DNA from: an uncultured Candidatus Saccharibacteria bacterium
Lineage (GTDB): Bacteria; Patescibacteriota; Doudnabacteria; UBA920
Reading direction: 5' to 3'
NCBI GenBank assembly: GCA_964612745.1
Contig: CAZTCH010000002.1
Coordinates: 99,548 to 162,048, forward strand
Length of the DNA: 62,501 nt
Position 1 is the first letter of the stretch, and every line of letters begins with the position of its first letter. Below are positions 57,672-62,501 of the stretch, piece by piece. The notes beneath the pieces are model-generated. The model was not told the DNA's origin. It was given only the letters and a program-made list of their open reading frames with translations, and did not search any database. A program made the position numbers and the translations under genes.

Positions 57672-57702
57672 AAATAAACACCAGCAGTGCTGGTGTTTAT
57701 TT
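57672..57702 (-). terminator. Terminator of the giant surface protein gene
   Basis: AAATAAACACCAGC-AGTG-CTGGTGTTTATTT, with a U-run on the minus strand. Confidence 0.75.
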
Positions 57703-57703
57703 G

Positions 57704-60700
57704 TTAGCGAAGGAGTCCGCCGTATTCGTAGTTGGCGAGGCTGGTGGTGACGACGTTGGAAAGTTTGTAGCCAGAAGCAATCAATTCGGCTTGGCTACCA
57801 AATGCCCATTTCTTTCCTTTGGAAATTACGTAGTACGTTCCTGCGTCAGAGACCAATGTTCCGTCGCGTAGTTTTACGAGAGGACCTTGTGGTAAGGCCA
57901 AGTCTGCAGCGTTTGCTTTTACTACACGACTCAGGCTAAAGCCGTACGTATTAAACACTACCATGCTTTCAAACCCTGTCTTTTTCCCACCGCGTATCCA
58001 CCAAATAGTCTTTTTATCAATCACGAGTGAGCCATCTGGATGTGGGAGTGATGCATCACCTATTGGTGTACCTGTTGGGTAGTCGCTCAAGTTAATCCGT
58101 GGCAAGTTTGCAAAGCTGTACCCAAGCCCTTGGAATACTTTGCTCGAAGTAAACCCGCGTTTCGTATTGTTAGAACCAATCATGTACACCGTGCGACCGT
58201 CAGAAGAGTCTATAACGAGTGTCCCTTCCATTGCTCGACCAATACTCTTCATTGGGAGCGCTTTATCTGCAGCAGAAGCAGGCACTGCTTGCGCAAAAGT
58301 ATATCCGTACGATTTGTATTCTTGCTCGTCTCTAAACCCAACACGTTCCCCATTCATGACTAAGTAAAAAGTGTTACCGTCTTGGATCAGTGTACCATCG
58401 GTGTGCGATCCTACTGTAGGAGTAGCCGTTGGCGTAGCTGGCGCAGAGAAGCCACCACCGCCCCCACCACCGCCTCCGCCTCCACCAGATGTAGGAGGAG
58501 TCGAAGCAGCTGTCACAGTAAACGTTTGGGTAGAAGTAGAAACTTCAGAACCGAAGTAGGCGTTTAAGTGGAACCAATACGTCCCTGGAGTAGAAACTGT
58601 AGAGCTCAAAACAGTATCGAAGTTTTCAAGTGGTTGTACGAGCTTTGCAGCAGATGCAGCAAAGATGTCATCTCCACCACCACACACATTCAATTCTGAT
58701 CCTGTCACACACCAAGAGTATTGATATTCGTATGCAGTAGAACCTTCGTTCGTAATCCGCACAGAAGTTCCAATGGTTGGAGCAGTTACATCGGTAAAGC
58801 TACGAATAAGTACTTGTGCAGGTGCACCAGGAGTCGCACTGACTGTGGAAGAAGCAGTGCTTGTACCAACTGCATTTTTTGCAGACACTCTAAAGTCATA
58901 TGAGTTATCATTCGACAAACCAGTCACGGTTGTCGACGTGCCGGTACTCACACCATCAGCAAAAGTTGCCCATGTTCCACCAACAGTGAGTTGGTATTCA
59001 ATCACATAGTCAGTTAGCGCAGACCCGCCGTTCGATGCAGGGGCCGACCACGACAAATCAACACTACTATCTCCGATCACCGCAGCGAGGTTTGTTGGCG
59101 CTCCAGGAGTACTTGCGGGAGTCACAGAGTTACTGGTTCCGGAAGCAATACTATCACCAATTGCGTTTGTTGCAATAACGGTAAAGGTATATGTTGTGCC
59201 GTTCGTTAATCCAGTCACCGTAGCCGTAGTCCCTGCAACAGTCACAGAGTGGCCACCAATGTTTGAGGTAACGGTGTACGAAGTAATAGCACTACCACCG
59301 TTCGAGGCAGGAGCAGACCACGACAAAGTTACTTGGGTATTCCCAATAGTTGCAGCCAAGTTCGTTGGCGCGTCCGGTACAGTCGCAGGGGTAATTGCGC
59401 TACTCGCAGAAGAGGCACTACCCGTACCCACTGCGTTTGTGGCAGTCACCGTGAATGTGTATGCAACACCATTTGTTAAGCCTGTAATAGTAATTGGTGC
59501 AGACCCACCAGTAGCGGTTTGTCCCCCGCTGGAAGTTACCGTGTACGAAGTAATCGCAGCACCACCGTTCGATGCTGGTGCAGTAAAGGTTACTGTTGCT
59601 TCACCGTCCCCCGCTACTGCAGACACACTCGTTGGCGCTCCTGGGGTTGTGGCAGGAACTACTGAGTTACTCGTACCAGAGGCTACACTCGTACCATTTG
59701 AGTTTGTAGCAGTCACCGTGAAAGTATATGTCGTGCCGTTGGTAAGACCAGTAATAATAATTGGCGAAGAACCACCAGTTGCAGTTTGACCACCACTGGA
59801 AGTTACCGTGTAAGAAGTAATTACAGAGCCACCGTTATTTACGGGTGGAGTAAACGAAACAGTTGCTTGGCCATTTCCGCGTACTGCAGTAACTCCAGTT
59901 GGCGCATCTGGCGAGCTTGTTGGAACAACTGAATTACTGGTAGCCGATGCAGAGCTTGTCCCCACTGCGTTTGTTGCAGTTACGGTAAACGTATATGTCG
60001 TGCCGTTCGTTAAGCCTGTCACCGTAATTGGTGAGCTACCACCAGTTGCAGTTTGTCCCCCACTGGAAGTAACCGTGTAGGAAGTTATCGCAGCGCCACC
60101 GTTTGAAACAGGTGCGGTAAAGGTCACCGTTGCTTCACCGTTGCCTTGGGTCGCTGTGCCGATTACTGGCGCAGATGGCACAGTCGCAGGAGTGACTGCA
60201 CTACTTGCGGAAGATGCAGTGCTTGTCCCTATTGCATTTGTTGCAGTCACTGTGAATGTATATGCAACACCGTTTGTTAAACCTGTAATCGTGATTGGAG
60301 AGCTACCACCAGTAGCGGTTTGTCCCCCACTGGAAGTAACGGTGTACGAAGTTATCGCAGAACCACCGTTCGATGCCGGTGCAGTAAAGGTTACTGTTGC
60401 TTCACCATTACCCCGTACTGCAGACACACTCGTTGGCGCTCCTGGGGTTGTCGCTGGCACTACAGAGCTGCTTGTCGCAGAAGCAAAGCTCGTCCCAGTT
60501 GCATTCGTTGCAGTCACTGTGAACGTATAGGCATCACCGTTGGTAAGCCCTGTTACGATAATTGGCGAACTACCACCAGTTGCAGTTTGCCCCCCGCTGG
60601 AAGTGACCGTGTATGAAATAATGCTACTACCACCATTGCTTACTGGTGCAGTAAATGAAATAGTTGCTTGTGTATTCCCTGCTACCGCAGACACACTCGT

Positions 60701-62501
60701 TGGCGCTCCTGGTACAGCCGACGGAGTAACTGCGCTGCTTGCAGAAGATGCAGTGCTCGTACCGACTGCGTTGGTTGCTGTCACGGTAAAGGTATATGCA
60801 ACGCCATTGGTAAGTCCTGTCACCGTAATTGGAGAACTACCACCAGTAGCGGTTTGGCCGCCACTGGAAGTAACGGTGTAAGAAGTAATCGCAGACCCAC
60901 CGTTGGATGCGGGCGCGGTAAAGGTTACCGTTGCTTCACCATTCCCCGCTACCGCAGACACACTCGTTGGCGCTCCTGGGGTTGTGGCAGGGATTATAGA
61001 AGTACTTGGGGCAGAAGCAATCCCCGTACCAATTGCGTTGGTTGCAGTCACGGTAAAGGTGTAGACTGTGCCATTGGTCAGTCCGGTAATAGTAATTGGA
61101 GAACTACCACCAGTTGCTGTTTGGCCGCTGCTGGAAGTAACCGTGTAAGAAGTAATCGCAGAACCACCACTCGATCCAGGTGCAGTAAAGGTCACCACCG
61201 CTTGGCCATTCCCCGCTACTGCAGACACACTCGTTGGTGCCCCTGGTACAGCCGCTGGTGTCACGGCACTACTTGCAGAAGACGCTGCGCCTTCCCCTAC
61301 TCCGTTGGTTGCAGTCACGGTAAAGGTATACGAAACACCATTGGTAAGCCCTGTCACCGTTATTGGAGAACTACCCCCAGTAGCAGTTTGTCCGCCGCTG
61401 GAAGTAACGGTGTAAGAAGTAATTGCAGAGCCACCGTTAGAAGCTGGTGCAGTAAATGTTATGACTGCTTCACCATTCCCCCGTACTGCAGACACACTGG
61501 TTGGCGCTCCGGGGGTTGTGGCAGGAACTACTGAGCCACTTGGAGAAGACGCCGAACTTTCCCCTACTGCGTTGGTTGCAGTCACGGTAAATGTATATGT
61601 TGTGCCGTTCGTTAAGCCAGTCACCGTAATTGGTGAGGTGCTGCCTGTTGCGGTTTGACCACCGCTGGAAGTTACTGTATAGGAAGTAATTACAGAGCCA
61701 CCGTTAGAAGCTGGTGCAGTGAAGGTTACAACTGCTTCACCATTTCCCCGTACTGCAGAAACACTGGTTGGTGCCCCTGGGGTTGTCGCTGGCGTTACTG
61801 CACTACTTGCGGAAGATGCAGTGCTTGTCCCTATTGCATTTGTTGCAGTCACTGTGAACGTATATGCAACACCGTTTGTTAAACCTGTAATAGTAATTGG
61901 AGAAGAACCACCGGTAGCGGTTTGCCCCCCGCTAGAAGTGACTGTGTAGGAAGTAATTGCAGAACCGCCGTTCGATGCCGGTGCAGTAAAGGTCACCGTT
62001 GCTTCACCATTGCCGCGTACTGCAGACACACTGGTTGGCGCTCCGGGGGTTGTCGCTGGTACCACAGAGTTACTCGTCGACGAAGCAGCACCTGTACCCG
62101 CTGCATTTGTAGCTGTAACGGTAAATGTATATGTCACACCGTTGGTAAGCCCTGTCACCGTAATTGGTGAAGAACCACCAGTTGCGGTTTGGCCGCCGCT
62201 GGAAGTAACGGTATAAGAAATAATACTACTACCACCGTTCGATGCCGGCGCGGTAAATGTTATAACCGCTTCACCATTCCCCCGTACTGCAGACACACTG
62301 GTAGGAGCACCTGGCACGGTAATTGGGGTTACTGCGCTGCTTGCAGAAGATGCAGCACTTGTACCCACACCGTTTGTTGCAGTCACGGTAAAGGTGTACG
62401 CAACACCATTGGTCAGACCTGTCACCGTAATTGGAGAAGAACCACCGGTAGCGGTTTGTCCGCCACTAGAAGTGACGGTGTAGGAAGTAATTGCAGAGCC
62501 A
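57704..62501 (-). CDS. Giant surface protein: at least 14 tandem FN3-like modules, an Ig-like domain, a poly-Gly linker and 4 C-terminal repeats (N-terminus beyond window end)
   Basis: Frame is open to base 62501; the track start at 62425 is an internal GTG. Repeated ~90-aa unit PGAPTSVSAVRGNGEA.VTFTAPASNGGS.ITSYTVTSSGGQTATGGSSPIT.TGLTNG..YTFTVTATN. G12 run, then 4 repeats ending NYEYGGLLR. Confidence 0.85.
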   Translation of the reverse strand, partial: GSAITSYTVTSSGGQTATGGSSPITVTGLTNGVAYTFTVTATNGVGTSAASSASSAVTPITVPGAPTSVSAVRGNGEAVITFTAPASNGGSSIISYTVTSSGGQTATGGSSPITVTGLTNGVTYTFTVTATNAAGTGAASSTSNSVVPATTPGAPTSVSAVRGNGEATVTFTAPASNGGSAITSYTVTSSGGQTATGGSSPITITGLTNGVAYTFTVTATNAIGTSTASSASSAVTPATTPGAPTSVSAVRGNGEAVVTFTAPASNGGSVITSYTVTSSGGQTATGSTSPITVTGLTNGTTYTFTVTATNAVGESSASSPSGSVVPATTPGAPTSVSAVRGNGEAVITFTAPASNGGSAITSYTVTSSGGQTATGGSSPITVTGLTNGVSYTFTVTATNGVGEGAASSASSAVTPAAVPGAPTSVSAVAGNGQAVVTFTAPGSSGGSAITSYTVTSSSGQTATGGSSPITITGLTNGTVYTFTVTATNAIGTGIASAPSTSIIPATTPGAPTSVSAVAGNGEATVTFTAPASNGGSAITSYTVTSSGGQTATGGSSPITVTGLTNGVAYTFTVTATNAVGTSTASSASSAVTPSAVPGAPTSVSAVAGNTQATISFTAPVSNGGSSIISYTVTSSGGQTATGGSSPIIVTGLTNGDAYTFTVTATNATGTSFASATSSSVVPATTPGAPTSVSAVRGNGEATVTFTAPASNGGSAITSYTVTSSGGQTATGGSSPITITGLTNGVAYTFTVTATNAIGTSTASSASSAVTPATVPSAPVIGTATQGNGEATVTFTAPVSNGGAAITSYTVTSSGGQTATGGSSPITVTGLTNGTTYTFTVTATNAVGTSSASATSNSVVPTSSPDAPTGVTAVRGNGQATVSFTPPVNNGGSVITSYTVTSSGGQTATGGSSPIIITGLTNGTTYTFTVTATNSNGTSVASGTSNSVVPATTPGAPTSVSAVAGDGEATVTFTAPASNGGAAITSYTVTSSGGQTATGGSAPITITGLTNGVAYTFTVTATNAVGTGSASSASSAITPATVPDAPTNLAATIGNTQVTLSWSAPASNGGSAITSYTVTSNIGGHSVTVAGTTATVTGLTNGTTYTFTVIATNAIGDSIASGTSNSVTPASTPGAPTNLAAVIGDSSVDLSWSAPASNGGSALTDYVIEYQLTVGGTWATFADGVSTGTSTTVTGLSNDNSYDFRVSAKNAVGTSTASSTVSATPGAPAQVLIRSFTDVTAPTIGTSVRITNEGSTAYEYQYSWCVTGSELNVCGGGDDIFAASAAKLVQPLENFDTVLSSTVSTPGTYWFHLNAYFGSEVSTSTQTFTVTAASTPPTSGGGGGGGGGGGGFSAPATPTATPTVGSHTDGTLIQDGNTFYLVMNGERVGFRDEQEYKSYGYTFAQAVPASAADKALPMKSIGRAMEGTLVIDSSDGRTVYMIGSNNTKRGFTSSKVFQGLGYSFANLPRINLSDYPTGTPIGDASLPHPDGSLVIDKKTIWWIRGGKKTGFESMVVFNTYGFSLSRVVKANAADLALPQGPLVKLRDGTLVSDAGTYYVISKGKKWAFGSQAELIASGYKLSNVVTTSLANYEYGGLLR

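Noticed and set aside
58130-62216. Numerous plus-strand ORFs of 60-288 aa antisense to the FN3 gene
   Set aside because: They are periodic artefacts of the repeat. The GC-rich third positions on the coding strand keep antisense frames open. They overlap one long, coherent minus-strand ORF.

Overview
This 62.5-kb bacterial window holds about 60 genes. Most are housekeeping genes on the minus strand: PBP1A, queA, parB, uppP, glyA, leuS, metG, glyQS with a T-box leader, tgt, pnp, rpsO, a xerC/D-like recombinase, dus, engB and two MsbA-like ABC exporters. It also holds five canonical tRNAs. A carotenoid cluster (polyprenyl synthase, crtB, crtI, UbiA prenyltransferase, GT2) sits next to a class II photolyase and a family-4 UDG. 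Other elements are two RAYT (IS200-like Y1 transposase) genes flanked by REP hairpins, a Gp49/HigB-XRE toxin-antitoxin pair, and an FN3-array surface protein of at least 1,599 aa that runs off the right edge. Gene content and style suggest a Patescibacteria/CPR-like organism, but this is inference only. The most unusual observations are these. (1) At two loci a complete tRNA, bracketed by a 16-17 bp stem, is nested inside a second tRNA-like gene whose acceptor halves still pair perfectly. (2) Intergenic DNA is built from degenerate heptanucleotide tandem arrays, and the same kind of arrays also sit inside the coding regions of leuS, metG and tatD. (3) A Nudix-like domain is inserted in LeuS. 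(4) Two REPIN-like elements bracket a two-gene cassette and have internal cores in opposite orientation. (5) A duplication linked to tRNA-His carries relics of surface-protein gene ends. All calls come from reading the sequence and recognising motifs. No database search was run.
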